Below, piece after piece: positions 13,977 to 24,886 of a stretch of 30,522 nucleotides of DNA. The stretch lies in the IMG/VR virus record IMGVR_UViG_3300034685_000369, positions 1 through 30,522 of that record; one strand, given 5' to 3'. The number at the start of each line of letters is the position of its first letter. Within the stretch, counting starts at the first letter, position 1. This DNA is from a virus. Its lineage: Duplodnaviria > Caudoviricetes. The position numbers were made by a program, and so were the translations under genes. The notes below the pieces were generated by a model, which saw only the letters and a list, made by a program, of their open reading frames with translations, searched no databases and was not told the DNA's origin.

Positions 13977-15699
13977 GACGCGCGTTATTAAACGTGCGGC
14001 TTACCTGGAGGAGGTAGTACGCTTTCACACCGACACCAATTTAAACGAAGCGAACATAGCGCGAGCGAGTTCCGATTTTTTGGCGTGGGTAAAAGGGTTG
14101 TTGCCCGAAGACAAATACAGGATATTCTTACAGCTATACAGGTTTCCGCTTTATACGCCTTCCGTAGTAGAGAGTATTTATATCGATTTGGGGCGCGTGT
14201 TCGACAGTCGCAACTATTCGTCGACTTACCAATTCGTAAGTAGCGAGTTGTTAGACGATTGGGACTACTACAAACTTCACAATCTTCGTTCTCCCGTTAT
14301 ATGGAAAACGGAAGGCTGGGACAAAATGAAAACGGCGCCGAATAGCATTCTAATCGTAGACTTGCCTGCCGAACAGACGACAGAAAAACCGGAGCCGTAC
14401 TTTTATTGGCTCGATATTCTTAACGTTATCGACTACCGGTTAAAACCCGACGGCGTAAGCTTCGAGTGGATAATTTTCAAGCAGCCGAACAACGTTATAG
14501 CCGTCTTCGACGATACGCGCATGCGTACGTATCAATCGGAAGAGAGCTATACGAAGATTTTGGGGCAACTTACGGATACCGTGCACAACCTCGGGTACTG
14601 CCCTGCGAGGTTCTATTGGTCGGAAGCGCTCAATTCTAAAGAGCCCGATTTAAAACGCAATCCTATCGTCAAAGAGCTGTCCAACCTCAACTGGCTGTTA
14701 TTCTTTGTTATAAGCAAGCGCCACTTAGACTTGTACGCGCCATATCCGATTTACAGTGCTTACGAAACTTCGTGCGATTACGTTAACGAAGAGACGCAAG
14801 CCTATTGCGACCACGGATTTTTACGTAATCCTGACGGTTCTTACAGTACGCTGCGAGACGGGTCGGTAGAGCAGTGTCCGATATGCAGAGACAAGCACTT
14901 GGCAGGCCCCGGTTCCTTAATCGAGGTGCCTGCGCCTGACAGAGATACGGGCGATATGCGTAACCCCGTACAGATTACGTCGATAGACGCCGCGTCGCTT
15001 AAATACAACGTCGACGAATGCGAAAGGCTCGAGCAGCTAATTCGCATGCGCATTGTAGGTATAGGCGGTAACATCAGCGAAAAAGAGGCGATGAACGTTT
15101 CGCAGATTTTAGCTACTTTCGAGGACAAGATTTCGGTACTCAACAAGCTGAAAGTCAACTTCGAGAACGCACAAAGGTTTGTGGAAGAGACGATTTGTCG
15201 CCTGCGTTACGGCAGTAGCTTTATCGACTTGTCGATTAATTACGGTACAGAGTTTTATATCTACTCGATAGAGGATTTGTACAACAAATACGATATTGCG
15301 AAAAAGAACGGCGCGACTAACGCGGAGCTCGACTTGTTGCAAAATCAGATACTCGAAGTCGAGTACAAGAACAACCCGATGTTACTGCAACGCTTGCTTA
15401 TACTGAAGCACATAGAGCCGTTAAGGCACTATACGACGCAAGAGGTAATACAATTCGTTCAACAAGGCCTGGTCGATGTAGAGACGGCAATATTGAAGCT
15501 GAATTTCGGTGCTTTGATAGACAGGTTCGAGCGCGAAAACGTCAATATCGTAGAGTTCGGTTCCAAAATAGACTTCAATTCGAAAATTAACAACATTATA
15601 CAAATTTTAAAGAGTTATATTTATGAAACTATCCCCACAGCAAGAGAAACAGTTCAAAGCCCGTCAAGCGGAGTTGGACAACAAGCTCAAAGCGTTTAA
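13927..15699 (+). CDS. Portal protein
   Basis: ~590 aa, positioned between terminase and scaffold/capsid; HNLGYCPA motif typical of portal proteins; ATG at 13927 preferred over TTG at 13918. Confidence 0.8.
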   Translation: MSLSLEQIKESLTSPSKTRVIKRAAYLEEVVRFHTDTNLNEANIARASSDFLAWVKGLLPEDKYRIFLQLYRFPLYTPSVVESIYIDLGRVFDSRNYSSTYQFVSSELLDDWDYYKLHNLRSPVIWKTEGWDKMKTAPNSILIVDLPAEQTTEKPEPYFYWLDILNVIDYRLKPDGVSFEWIIFKQPNNVIAVFDDTRMRTYQSEESYTKILGQLTDTVHNLGYCPARFYWSEALNSKEPDLKRNPIVKELSNLNWLLFFVISKRHLDLYAPYPIYSAYETSCDYVNEETQAYCDHGFLRNPDGSYSTLRDGSVEQCPICRDKHLAGPGSLIEVPAPDRDTGDMRNPVQITSIDAASLKYNVDECERLEQLIRMRIVGIGGNISEKEAMNVSQILATFEDKISVLNKLKVNFENAQRFVEETICRLRYGSSFIDLSINYGTEFYIYSIEDLYNKYDIAKKNGATNAELDLLQNQILEVEYKNNPMLLQRLLILKHIEPLRHYTTQEVIQFVQQGLVDVETAILKLNFGALIDRFERENVNIVEFGSKIDFNSKINNIIQILKSYIYETIPTARETVQSPSSGVGQQAQSV

Positions 15700-16054
15700 A
15701 GCGCTGGAAAAGCTTTCGCCTCAACAGGCAGACGAGGTAAAGAAAATCGAAGCAGAGCTGACGCGTATTAAAGAAGCGCTCGAAGCGGAAGACGAAGGGC
15801 CTATGGTAATAGCCATGCCCGATGAAGCGGCAAATTACGTCGTGCCCAAAGGAGAAGAGCATTACGTACATATCCGCATGTTTATCGGTAACAGGTTCGA
15901 CCCTATTACCGGAGAAGAGACTACGTCGTATACAATTCAGAAGTTTAACGTAACCGACTTCAAGAATTTCGAAAAACAGGCTCCGCGCTTAGGTTATCAT
16001 TACGGTTTCTTGCATAAACCTGCAGGGTTCAAATCTATTTACGCAAAAAAATAA
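15623..16054 (+). CDS. Hypothetical head-module protein
   Basis: 143 aa; N-terminal helical repeat (LSPQQ twice); overlaps the portal end by 77 bp. Confidence 0.75.
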   Translation: MKLSPQQEKQFKARQAELDNKLKAFKALEKLSPQQADEVKKIEAELTRIKEALEAEDEGPMVIAMPDEAANYVVPKGEEHYVHIRMFIGNRFDPITGEETTSYTIQKFNVTDFKNFEKQAPRLGYHYGFLHKPAGFKSIYAKK

Positions 16055-16058
16055 CGGT

Positions 16059-17003
16059 ATGGCACTCACAATCGAAAAATTAAAAGAAGAGCAACTATTG
16101 GCGTCGCTAACGCCGGAGCAACTTACCGCAATTGCGGCTTTAAGCGCGGCAGACGAGAATACCGTTATCGGTACACGTATAGGGGAGCTTCACGGTTCTT
16201 ACGAAAAAGACGTATTTGCGGTAACAGGCATTCCTAAATTACCCGGCGAAAAGGCTTACGAGTACAACAAACGCGTTCTTTCCCATTTTAAAAACGAGTT
16301 GGAAACGACAACGAAAACCGTAGACGAGATTAAAGCCGAAAAAGCGGCTATCGAAGAGCAGCTTAAATCGGGAGGAACGGATGCGGCGCTTAAATCGCAG
16401 TTAGAGCAAATCAATAAAGCGCTTAAGGATGCGCAAGACGCACTAAAAGCGAAAGACGAGCTTATTAAAACGAAAGAAACGGAGTTTACCAATCAGCTGA
16501 CGCAAACGAAAGTTAATTTCCAATTTGCACAGGCGAATAAGGATATTAAGCTTAAACCCGTCTATTCCGACAGCATAGCCAATACCTTACTTATGCAGGC
16601 AAAGAACGAAATATTGTCGAAGTATACGCCCGATTTTGTGGTAGACGAAACGGGTAAAGAAACTTTGGTTTTTCGCGATAAACAGACTAACGAAATTGCG
16701 CGCAATCCGGATACGGGCTTGAGTCCGTACTCTATACACGACCTGTATAAAACTACGGTACTGAAAGACGCTATCGATACGGGTACCAAACAACCGGGCG
16801 GAGGCACTACGGGATTTATGCCGAAATCGCCTGTCGATGCGCACGGTATCGATTTAAGCGGCGTAAAAACGCAGCGAGAAGCAGACGAATTGATTTACAA
16901 TCATTTGATGGCCAAAGGGTTGGCACGCGGAACAAAAGAATTTTCCGACGAGCAGGCCAAAATACGACAGGATAATGAAGTAGCCAAACTACCGATTAGA
17001 TAA
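16059..17003 (+). CDS. Capsid scaffolding protein (putative)
   Basis: Long coiled coil and a GGGT linker, directly upstream of the major capsid gene. Confidence 0.7.
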   Translation: MALTIEKLKEEQLLASLTPEQLTAIAALSAADENTVIGTRIGELHGSYEKDVFAVTGIPKLPGEKAYEYNKRVLSHFKNELETTTKTVDEIKAEKAAIEEQLKSGGTDAALKSQLEQINKALKDAQDALKAKDELIKTKETEFTNQLTQTKVNFQFAQANKDIKLKPVYSDSIANTLLMQAKNEILSKYTPDFVVDETGKETLVFRDKQTNEIARNPDTGLSPYSIHDLYKTTVLKDAIDTGTKQPGGGTTGFMPKSPVDAHGIDLSGVKTQREADELIYNHLMAKGLARGTKEFSDEQAKIRQDNEVAKLPIR

Positions 17004-17056
17004 ATTCACATACGCAGGGGTAACGTATATTTACTAACATACTAATTTTTACATTT

Positions 17057-18103
17057 ATGAGTTTAATTAACACACGCATTCAAAACATTCGGGCAAATTC
17101 TAACCTCGACAAGAACGAGTACCGCCCGAGTCGCTACGGAGCGTTCGATACGTTTATGATGCAGACAAGCGACCCTGCCGGAATTATATCGGACGAACTC
17201 GCGCAAAAAGCATTTCAATCTATAGGTAATACTATAGAGGTGCCCGTTATTAACTACGATGCCGGTATTACTATCGGTAATACGCGCGACATTGTCATTC
17301 CGCACAGCGAAAATACGTCGGCAATGTTGGCAATTTCTTTTGCTACTTATGCTTGGGGTTTTACCATCGTGCCTTCGCAGCACATGAACAACGAAATCAG
17401 CATTCAAAAAGACTTCGAAAAGAAATTTACGAAGTACTTGTATGCACTTGCAGCCGACCTCGAAGGAGTGGCCGTTGCGTCTCTTTCTGCAGCTAAATCG
17501 CAGGTATTCAAAGACTTGTTGACTTACACCAATACTGCAAACGTAATCGGCGCAACTTGGGACCAACGCGATGCTTTAATCGGTGACCTTAATGTGATTA
17601 TGGGCGCTAACGACTTTTTCGGTCAATATCATCTTATTGGTAACGCCGGTGTAGAAAGCATTATCCGTAAACTTGCGCAATTCGGCTTGTACAACGAGCA
17701 AATGAAGTACATGGAGTACTCCGACAAGATTTTGCACTTTAGCAATACCATTACTAATGCCGCCGGTAAATTCGGTACAGGGTATTTGGTTGAAGGAGGC
17801 AATCTCGGTATTCTTACTCGCGTCGAGCGCGAAAGTATCTTAAGGTCGTCTACCGGAGACGGTCACGAATGGGATATAGACACTTTGCCTATGCTCAATT
17901 TACCGGTAGGCACTTACTACTACGACTCCGTAGAAAATGTAGCGGCTGACGCTAATTTCGGCGCACATGTTGCAGACCTGACGCGTGCGAGGGTTGAACA
18001 TTACGGCTTTGCCGTGGACGTTGCTTTTGTTACGGCGTATAACAGCGCTCCGACAACTTTGCCGAGTCCTATTATCGCTTTCGATATAGCAGCCGCACCG
18101 TAA
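17057..18103 (+). CDS. Major capsid protein
   Basis: N-terminus TRIQNIRANSNLDK.EYRPSRYGA and C-terminal EHYGFAVDVAF.TAYNS recognised as the B40-8/B124-14-type capsid; 348 aa; followed by a terminator. Confidence 0.9.
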   Translation: MSLINTRIQNIRANSNLDKNEYRPSRYGAFDTFMMQTSDPAGIISDELAQKAFQSIGNTIEVPVINYDAGITIGNTRDIVIPHSENTSAMLAISFATYAWGFTIVPSQHMNNEISIQKDFEKKFTKYLYALAADLEGVAVASLSAAKSQVFKDLLTYTNTANVIGATWDQRDALIGDLNVIMGANDFFGQYHLIGNAGVESIIRKLAQFGLYNEQMKYMEYSDKILHFSNTITNAAGKFGTGYLVEGGNLGILTRVERESILRSSTGDGHEWDIDTLPMLNLPVGTYYYDSVENVAADANFGAHVADLTRARVEHYGFAVDVAFVTAYNSAPTTLPSPIIAFDIAAAP

Positions 18104-18149
18104 GCCTTAGTGTTCTCTTCGCTTCTTTAGTTTTCAAGTGTGTTGCCCG

Positions 18150-18194
18150 GTAGTGTCGGGTGCTTACGAGTTAAGTTACTCGACACTGCTTTTT
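18150..18194 (+). terminator. Intrinsic terminator after the capsid gene
   Basis: GTAGTGTCGGGT...ACTCGACACTGC stem (with G:U pairs) followed by TTTTT. Confidence 0.75.
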
Positions 18195-18210
18195 AATTAA
18201 AACGTCGATA

Positions 18211-19485
18211 ATGCTGAATATTACAGAAATCAAAAACGCTTTTTCGGGCTTGGTCGGCTTCAGTGACGATATGAGCGCGCATACGCAAAAACTGCAAGCT
18301 TCGCTTAAACGCAGTTTGTCCGGTACGTATTTCCAAGATGCACATCCGCTAATTACTTTACAGGTACTCGAGGAAATTGCTCCTCGCAATTTAAGCCTCG
18401 ATAGATTTGTCGAAGTAGTTAACGGCTCGGCATATAATGTCGGCGATATTGTAAAAAGTGCGGATAAAATTTATATGGCAATTGCCGATACCGTTTATAC
18501 GGGCGTATTTGACGCAAATTGGGAAGAGACTAATTTATTTTCTATTTGGCTATTATCTAAGGTACAGGCTACTATAGTTAAAGTAGTGCAAACCGTATTG
18601 TCTAACAGCGCGATAGATTTGGACGCCAAGCATACGCTAACCGAAGACGTTCTATTTACGGGAGCCGGTTATATTAAAGACGTAATCCCGAATAGTAACA
18701 ATTTGGTCGGGCTCATAGTAGAGCCTCGTTTTATGAACGGCATAAGCCTGAAAATAAACAAGATAGGCCTTCAAAGTACGGTTCCGGGCGATTTAATGCT
18801 TTATATCTTTCATTCGTCGTCGAATTTACCGGTAAAAATAATCAAATTGGCTAAAACCAAATTCGACACTTTCGAATGGACTAATACTGACGATTTGGTT
18901 TTAACCAATTACGATTATGCGCCGAACGGCTATTGGATTTTTGTATATAATCAAAACGATTTGGAGGCCTTAGGCAGCCAGGCAATTAAGAACACCGTAA
19001 ATTTAAGGCAATTGTGCCCTACATGCAGGCATACTGCCGGTTTACAATCGTTTATAGACGTTTTGGCATTTAAAACCGACAATACCGGCTTTAGTAATAC
19101 GTTATGGGAGCAGAATAATAATCTTTACTATACCGATACTAATTTCGGGCTTAATTTGGATATTTCCGTCGTTTGCGATTTTACGTCTATATTTATAAAT
19201 CATAAAACCGATTTTATAAATTTGGTCAAATTGCAATTTGCGGTCGATATGTTGCGCGAGTTTGTCTATAATGCCAATGCCCGCGTAAATCGGACTGCGG
19301 CGATAGCCTCCCGTGCGGACGTACTATACGCATTAGACGGCGATACGTCCAAATTTTCTCGTCGTTCGGGATTGTCTTACGATTTGGAGCGCGCGTACAA
19401 TGCTTTCGAAATAAATACTAAGGGACTCAATACGAGGTGCTTACCTTGTAAAAGAAACGGTGTCAAGTATAAAACTATGTTGTAA
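18211..19485 (+). CDS. Virion structural protein, probable head-tail adaptor/neck
   Basis: 424 aa, first gene after the capsid; CPTC and CLPC motifs; function inferred from synteny. Confidence 0.6.
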   Translation: MLNITEIKNAFSGLVGFSDDMSAHTQKLQASLKRSLSGTYFQDAHPLITLQVLEEIAPRNLSLDRFVEVVNGSAYNVGDIVKSADKIYMAIADTVYTGVFDANWEETNLFSIWLLSKVQATIVKVVQTVLSNSAIDLDAKHTLTEDVLFTGAGYIKDVIPNSNNLVGLIVEPRFMNGISLKINKIGLQSTVPGDLMLYIFHSSSNLPVKIIKLAKTKFDTFEWTNTDDLVLTNYDYAPNGYWIFVYNQNDLEALGSQAIKNTVNLRQLCPTCRHTAGLQSFIDVLAFKTDNTGFSNTLWEQNNNLYYTDTNFGLNLDISVVCDFTSIFINHKTDFINLVKLQFAVDMLREFVYNANARVNRTAAIASRADVLYALDGDTSKFSRRSGLSYDLERAYNAFEINTKGLNTRCLPCKRNGVKYKTML

Positions 19486-19934
19486 TGAACGTAATAGCCG
19501 ATAAAATAGAGGCACTACGAAAGTTTCAGTCCAATATATTCAGGTATATAAGGACAATCGTAGAAATGTACGATTATGTACTCATAGATATGAATATTCA
19601 AGACCAGCTATACGAGCAGGGTATATATAGAACTGGTACGGAAATTGCCGCAGAAGAGCCTTATAAACCGCGAACGGTAAAGTTTAAGCTGATGAAAAGG
19701 CAACCTGCGGACAGAGTGACGCTGCGAGACGAAGGCGATTTTCACAAATCGTTCGCGATAGAGGCCGGAAATCATTCGTTTAAAATTTTCGCTACGGATA
19801 TAAAAACCGAAATGCTTACCGCAAAATACGGAGAAGAGATTTTCGGTTTAACAGATGAAAACTTGAACGAGTTTATTAAAGAGTATATTTATCCGGAGCT
19901 TAAGGAGTTTTTACTAAAGGAGTTAAAATCATGA
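19485..19934 (+). CDS. Putative neck/tail-completion protein
   Basis: PYKPRTV..K...VTLRDEGDF motif similar to virion morphogenesis proteins; synteny. Confidence 0.55.
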   Translation: MNVIADKIEALRKFQSNIFRYIRTIVEMYDYVLIDMNIQDQLYEQGIYRTGTEIAAEEPYKPRTVKFKLMKRQPADRVTLRDEGDFHKSFAIEAGNHSFKIFATDIKTEMLTAKYGEEIFGLTDENLNEFIKEYIYPELKEFLLKELKS

Positions 19935-20449
19935 TTACTAATACGATAAATGCCATAGCCTCTATATTGGGCGGTAAATTGCCTTGGATAGACAACGCTT
20001 ACGGTAAAGCGTATACGCTATACGACAGTGAAGGTCGAATATATCCCGCAGCACATTTATACGGTAACGAATACGTTTCGTTATTACCGAACGATACGTT
20101 AGGCAATTACCTGTTTTTCGAAATCGAAGACCCGAGTATAGTAGTCGGTTCGACGCAAGAGCATTTCGTATCGAGCTTTCGTACAAATTTGATAGTTTGG
20201 TTTAATATCGAAAGCGTTTACGGGCCTGTAGCGGAGCAGATTTTAACCGACTCGATAAAGAAAGATATTGTCTTGGCATTAGCGCCTAAGTTTTATCCTA
20301 TGGCAACTATTAATGTGCTCGAGGTGTACGAGAGTGCCGAAAATATATTCAGGTATTATCCTCTAACTCAAGTAAATACGCAGTTTCTTATGCTGCCTTA
20401 TTACGGTTTCAGATTTGTTTTAAACATTAAAGAAAAAACGATATGCTAA
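19931..20449 (+). CDS. Putative tail terminator/neck protein
   Basis: 172 aa; synteny; translationally coupled. Confidence 0.5.
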   Translation: MITNTINAIASILGGKLPWIDNAYGKAYTLYDSEGRIYPAAHLYGNEYVSLLPNDTLGNYLFFEIEDPSIVVGSTQEHFVSSFRTNLIVWFNIESVYGPVAEQILTDSIKKDIVLALAPKFYPMATINVLEVYESAENIFRYYPLTQVNTQFLMLPYYGFRFVLNIKEKTIC

Positions 20450-20703
20450 GTTTATTGCTAATTTCCGTTATAATCGCACTACTTGTCGCTTTTTGTATTA
20501 TATTAGCTGAGAAAACAGGGGTTATTATTTACTTGGCGAGTAAAACGAAAAGCCGTATGCTCAATATGCTACTGAGTTGTTATTTTTGTATGGGTTTTTG
20601 GCTATCGTTATTTGTAGTAATAATTATGGTAGTTATTACTAAAAACGCCGAGTATCTTATAGTTCCTATATTTTCGTCGGTTATAGTACGCAGGTTATTA
20701 TGA
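20443..20703 (+). CDS. Small membrane protein (DUF1360-like CxxCxxxW motif; holin candidate)
   Basis: 2-3 hydrophobic segments; LLSCYFCMGFW. Confidence 0.6.
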   Translation: MLSLLLISVIIALLVAFCIILAEKTGVIIYLASKTKSRMLNMLLSCYFCMGFWLSLFVVIIMVVITKNAEYLIVPIFSSVIVRRLL

Positions 20704-21446
20704 TTAATCGCAAGATAAATAAGCATGACGTGAAGATTTACGACAGTATCGAAGAGCTACCTATCGTTAATTTTCAAAAGTATAATAAGTTTATGCTTAT
20801 TAGCAGTATTATAGGCAACGACGTAGCGGATATAGATTTGTATTTGGTAAAAGCGATAAAGTATATAGAGCAGAACGATTTGTCTTTGGCCGTACGACAA
20901 ATAGAGAATATACGAAATGCGCTGTATTTGATAAATCAGGAGCTGAGCCCCAAGTACTTGGCTTTTGCTGCGTTAGTAGCCGAAATAGACGGTAAAGCCG
21001 TTACGGATTTATCCGACAGTAACCTAAAAGAAGTATTGTCTTTGTTGAATACCGAGCGTAAGAGCGTTATCGATAATATTTTAGCACTATTTAAAAAAAA
21101 AGTAGACAACGAGTTTAGCATATATTTTCCGAAGTTTCAAAATAGCGCGCAAACTAAAGAGCTGTATACCAAGTTAAAAAACCGCGTTTTACTCGAGCTC
21201 GATACGATTATAAACGATAGTGCAGATTTGGAAACGATAGATAAAATAGATACCGAGTTGTTATTAACGAGTAAACCGAAAGTATTTAGCGGGCCTGAAA
21301 GCTTCGAGGTACAGAACGACAAACAGTTTAACGAGCTTTGTTTGTTCATATCTAAGAGTTTAAACGTAGAGGTCAAAAAATTAACGGTGTTCGAATTTTA
21401 TAACTCGTTAGAGTATATAGAAAAAGAAACCAAAATTAAAAAGTAA
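20700..21446 (+). CDS. Putative tail assembly chaperone
   Basis: Directly upstream of the tape measure gene; C-terminal VKKLTVFEFY motif resembles pre-tape-measure chaperones. Confidence 0.6.
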   Translation: MINRKINKHDVKIYDSIEELPIVNFQKYNKFMLISSIIGNDVADIDLYLVKAIKYIEQNDLSLAVRQIENIRNALYLINQELSPKYLAFAALVAEIDGKAVTDLSDSNLKEVLSLLNTERKSVIDNILALFKKKVDNEFSIYFPKFQNSAQTKELYTKLKNRVLLELDTIINDSADLETIDKIDTELLLTSKPKVFSGPESFEVQNDKQFNELCLFISKSLNVEVKKLTVFEFYNSLEYIEKETKIKK

Positions 21447-24400
21447 TGGATATAAACCCAATTCCGTATAGCGCATTTGTAAAAGAAGACAATTCTATAC
21501 AAAAGCTTATAGACCAGCTCACAGAGCTGCAGAATACGTATTTGTCGTTACTTAAAACGGTCAAATCGGATGCGGGTGCCTTAAAAACTTCTTTATCCGG
21601 TGTAAATGCCGCTACCAATGAAGGGCAAAAAGCCGTAAACGAAGCGTCGTTAGGCGCGCAACGGCTTAAACGACTTCAGGAAGAGCTTGCTTTAGCTTTA
21701 TCCGAAACCGGGCAAGAAATAGCAAAATACAAGGTCAAACTTGCAGATGCTACCGAGACGAATAAACTGACGGCAACGCAAACTTTAGCAAGTGCCAAAT
21801 CGGTAAAACAGCTAAAAGCAGAGCTTGCGACCTTAATTAAACAGTATGAGGGGTTATCCGGAGAAACGCGCGTGTATGATGCGACAACGCAGGAGTTGAT
21901 AAACAATATTAAGAATTTACGCGCGAGCGTAAAAGAAGCTACGGACGCCATAGCTTTAAAAACGGCGGCTACGCAAAAACAAGTTACTGCGAATAATGCA
22001 ATAGAGGCGGCTACCAAAAAATTAATCGGAGCATACTCTAACGAAATAGACGAGTTATACCGTATAAAACGCGAAACGGACGAGGTACTGAAAATAAAGA
22101 GGCTTGAAGCCCGTGCTGCAGAAGGTACTGCCGGGTCGTATAATGCACTTGCGGCTCAATACGAGCTGAATATGATTAACCTCAACAAATATTCGCAGGA
22201 GGTAATTAACAGCAGCAGGTTTTTATCGCGTCAGCAAGAAGAGTCTAAAAAACTTCGTTTCGAAATGATGCGCTTAAAAGAAGCAACCGGTAACCATACA
22301 CTTAGCGTAGGTAATTATACGAAAGCTTGGAACGGGTTAGGCATGGCTACGCAACAAGTAGTGCGCGAGTTACCGGCTATGGCAGTATCGGCACAAACGT
22401 TTTTTATCGCTATTTCGAATAACATACCTATTTTGGCGGACGAAATCAAGAACTTAGTACAGCAAAATAAAATAGCTGCTTCTCAAGGACTTGCAACAGT
22501 AAGCGTAATAAAACAAATCGTAAGGTCGCTTCTTAGCTGGCAAACGGCATTAGTATTAGGATTAACCGCGTTATCGTTATTCGGCGGCGAGCTTGTTAAG
22601 CTTATTAAGTCTATCGGTACCGCCGATAAAGCTACTATGTCTTTAGCAAAGGCTCAAGCAACGGTTAATAAGACGTATGCCGATGCCGACGAAACGTATG
22701 CCGATACTATCGTAAAATACAAGATATTACGCGAGCAGTGGCTAAATCTTAGCGATAGTTTAAATGAGCGTACGCGGTTTATAGAGGATAATGCCGACGC
22801 TTTTACCGAACTCGGTATTAGCATAGAGGATGTTAACGACGCGGAGAATATATTTGTCAATAACTCTGCTGCCGTTATACGCGTTTTGGAATTACGCGCA
22901 AAAGCCGCTGCGGCGAGAACTTTGGCCGAAAAAGAATTTGCTCTTGAGGTTGAACGCGCGGCAAAAGAACAGGAGCGTATAGCAAAGGCGCAGAGCGATT
23001 TAGCGAAAGAGCAAAGTTTTGTCGAGCGCGGGCTTATGACGCCGAGGCCTTTAATACCGAGTGCAGAAGACTTAAATCGGTTTAAGGCTACTATGGACTC
23101 GGTATATACTACTATGACCGAAGAGCAGAAAAAAGCATACTTAGACGCTTCGAAGTCGGCTTTTCAACGTCAAGGCGAGCAGTATATCGATTTGATGTCG
23201 CAATATATAAAAGAAGCCGAAGCGGTAGCAGCGGCTGCCGGTATAAAACCTCCAAAAGATAAAACTAAACCCGATAAAGATGCTACCGAAAATTTATTGG
23301 CAATCGAGCGAGAGAACTTAAAAATACGTAAGCTTTATGCCGAGAGTATTACTAATCTCGAACGTGACGAATTAGAAAAGCAGAAAAAGCAGTTAAAAGA
23401 TACGTTCGATGCCGAAGTAGCTGAGTTAAGAAATAAGCAGCGTAACGAGGAAAAGCTGACCGAAGAGAGCCGTAAACTCATAGACGATATAATATATAAT
23501 AAACGTAAAAAGCTCAATACCGATTTAGAATTGCTGGATATTGACTACCAGCAGCGACAACTTAATTTCGAAAAAGAAGGGTTGGACTTACGGTTAGAAC
23601 TTACCGAAAGAGGTACGGTCGAGTATTACGAACTGCGTAATAAGCTGTTGCAAAATCAAATGGAGTACGAGTTACTCGAGAATAGAAAGCAAATCGAGTC
23701 TTTGCGTAAAGACGAACAAGCTATACGCGATAAATACGGCTACGATATGCTGCAAAATAAGATTGCGCTCGACGATATGTTATTTAGTCAAACGCAAGCC
23801 TATCAAGAGTCGGAATTTAACCTGATACGTCGTTCCGAGTACGAAAAAAATAGGTTTAGACTGCAGCAAGAGAAAGAAATGTGGGCACGACGTTTACAGA
23901 TGGCGAAAGCCGGCTTATTGGCTATCAGTAAAACGGAGCAGGATACGATAGAGAATACGATAAAGATTATCGAGCGTCAGATGCGCGATTTAGATGCCGA
24001 ACGCGATATATATGATTTAATAGGGCTGCGTTTAGATAACGAACAAAAATCGGCTATACAGGAAGCGACTTCTTTCGTAAAAGCGAATATATCCGATATG
24101 CTTGCCGCCGAAGTACAATTGGCCGAGACTAAGCTCGATAATGCCCGCAGTCAAGTAGAGCAGGCAATGGAGTTTCTTAAGTTAGAAATGGAAGCGCGTA
24201 ACAAAGGATATGCACATAATGTAGAGACTGCAAATAAAGAATTGCAACTTGCCCGCGAAAAAGAAGCTAAAGCCTTAAAAGACAGGCAAAAAGCTTTAGA
24301 GGCACAAAATAAGTTGGATACTATCGAACAGACTACTTCGCTTATAACGGCGTCGGCGAATATATGGAAATCGTTTTCCAAATTAGGGCCTTTCGGTGTA

Positions 24401-24886
24401 GGGGCCGCAGTTGCGGCAATCGCATTAATGTTCGGGTCGTTTGTTGCAGCTAAAGCTAAAGCTAAAGAGGTAAGTACCGTCGAAACGGAAGAGTATGCCG
24501 AAGGGCACGTAGAATTGCTTGAAGGGGGTTCGCATAAATCCGGTAACGATATACCGCTCGGGCGTACAAAAGACGGCAAAGAACGCAGGGCAGAAGGTGG
24601 AGAAGTATTCGCAATAGTCAATAAACGCAGCGTAAGGCGATACGGTAAGGATAAAGTATTCGATATAGTATCGAGTATCAACAAAGGGGTATTTGAAGAT
24701 AAATATACGAAGATATTCAGCCCGATTAATTACGAAGTATCGAACTCGAGTGCAAATATAGATTTGTATGACCTCGATTTAAACGTAAAAGCTATTCGAG
24801 AACAAAACGAATATAAGTATTATAACGGAGGTAACGGCTTGATTATCGAGCGTTATAAAAACCGTACAAGAGTATTTAAAAAATGA
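21446..24886 (+). CDS. Tail tape measure protein
   Basis: 1146 aa, helical/coiled-coil; GSYNAL..Y and GNHTLSVGNY motifs; hydrophobic Ala/Gly patches; C-terminal GGSH.SG and AEGGE motifs. Confidence 0.92.
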   Translation: MDINPIPYSAFVKEDNSIQKLIDQLTELQNTYLSLLKTVKSDAGALKTSLSGVNAATNEGQKAVNEASLGAQRLKRLQEELALALSETGQEIAKYKVKLADATETNKLTATQTLASAKSVKQLKAELATLIKQYEGLSGETRVYDATTQELINNIKNLRASVKEATDAIALKTAATQKQVTANNAIEAATKKLIGAYSNEIDELYRIKRETDEVLKIKRLEARAAEGTAGSYNALAAQYELNMINLNKYSQEVINSSRFLSRQQEESKKLRFEMMRLKEATGNHTLSVGNYTKAWNGLGMATQQVVRELPAMAVSAQTFFIAISNNIPILADEIKNLVQQNKIAASQGLATVSVIKQIVRSLLSWQTALVLGLTALSLFGGELVKLIKSIGTADKATMSLAKAQATVNKTYADADETYADTIVKYKILREQWLNLSDSLNERTRFIEDNADAFTELGISIEDVNDAENIFVNNSAAVIRVLELRAKAAAARTLAEKEFALEVERAAKEQERIAKAQSDLAKEQSFVERGLMTPRPLIPSAEDLNRFKATMDSVYTTMTEEQKKAYLDASKSAFQRQGEQYIDLMSQYIKEAEAVAAAAGIKPPKDKTKPDKDATENLLAIERENLKIRKLYAESITNLERDELEKQKKQLKDTFDAEVAELRNKQRNEEKLTEESRKLIDDIIYNKRKKLNTDLELLDIDYQQRQLNFEKEGLDLRLELTERGTVEYYELRNKLLQNQMEYELLENRKQIESLRKDEQAIRDKYGYDMLQNKIALDDMLFSQTQAYQESEFNLIRRSEYEKNRFRLQQEKEMWARRLQMAKAGLLAISKTEQDTIENTIKIIERQMRDLDAERDIYDLIGLRLDNEQKSAIQEATSFVKANISDMLAAEVQLAETKLDNARSQVEQAMEFLKLEMEARNKGYAHNVETANKELQLAREKEAKALKDRQKALEAQNKLDTIEQTTSLITASANIWKSFSKLGPFGVGAAVAAIALMFGSFVAAKAKAKEVSTVETEEYAEGHVELLEGGSHKSGNDIPLGRTKDGKERRAEGGEVFAIVNKRSVRRYGKDKVFDIVSSINKGVFEDKYTKIFSPINYEVSNSSANIDLYDLDLNVKAIREQNEYKYYNGGNGLIIERYKNRTRVFKK

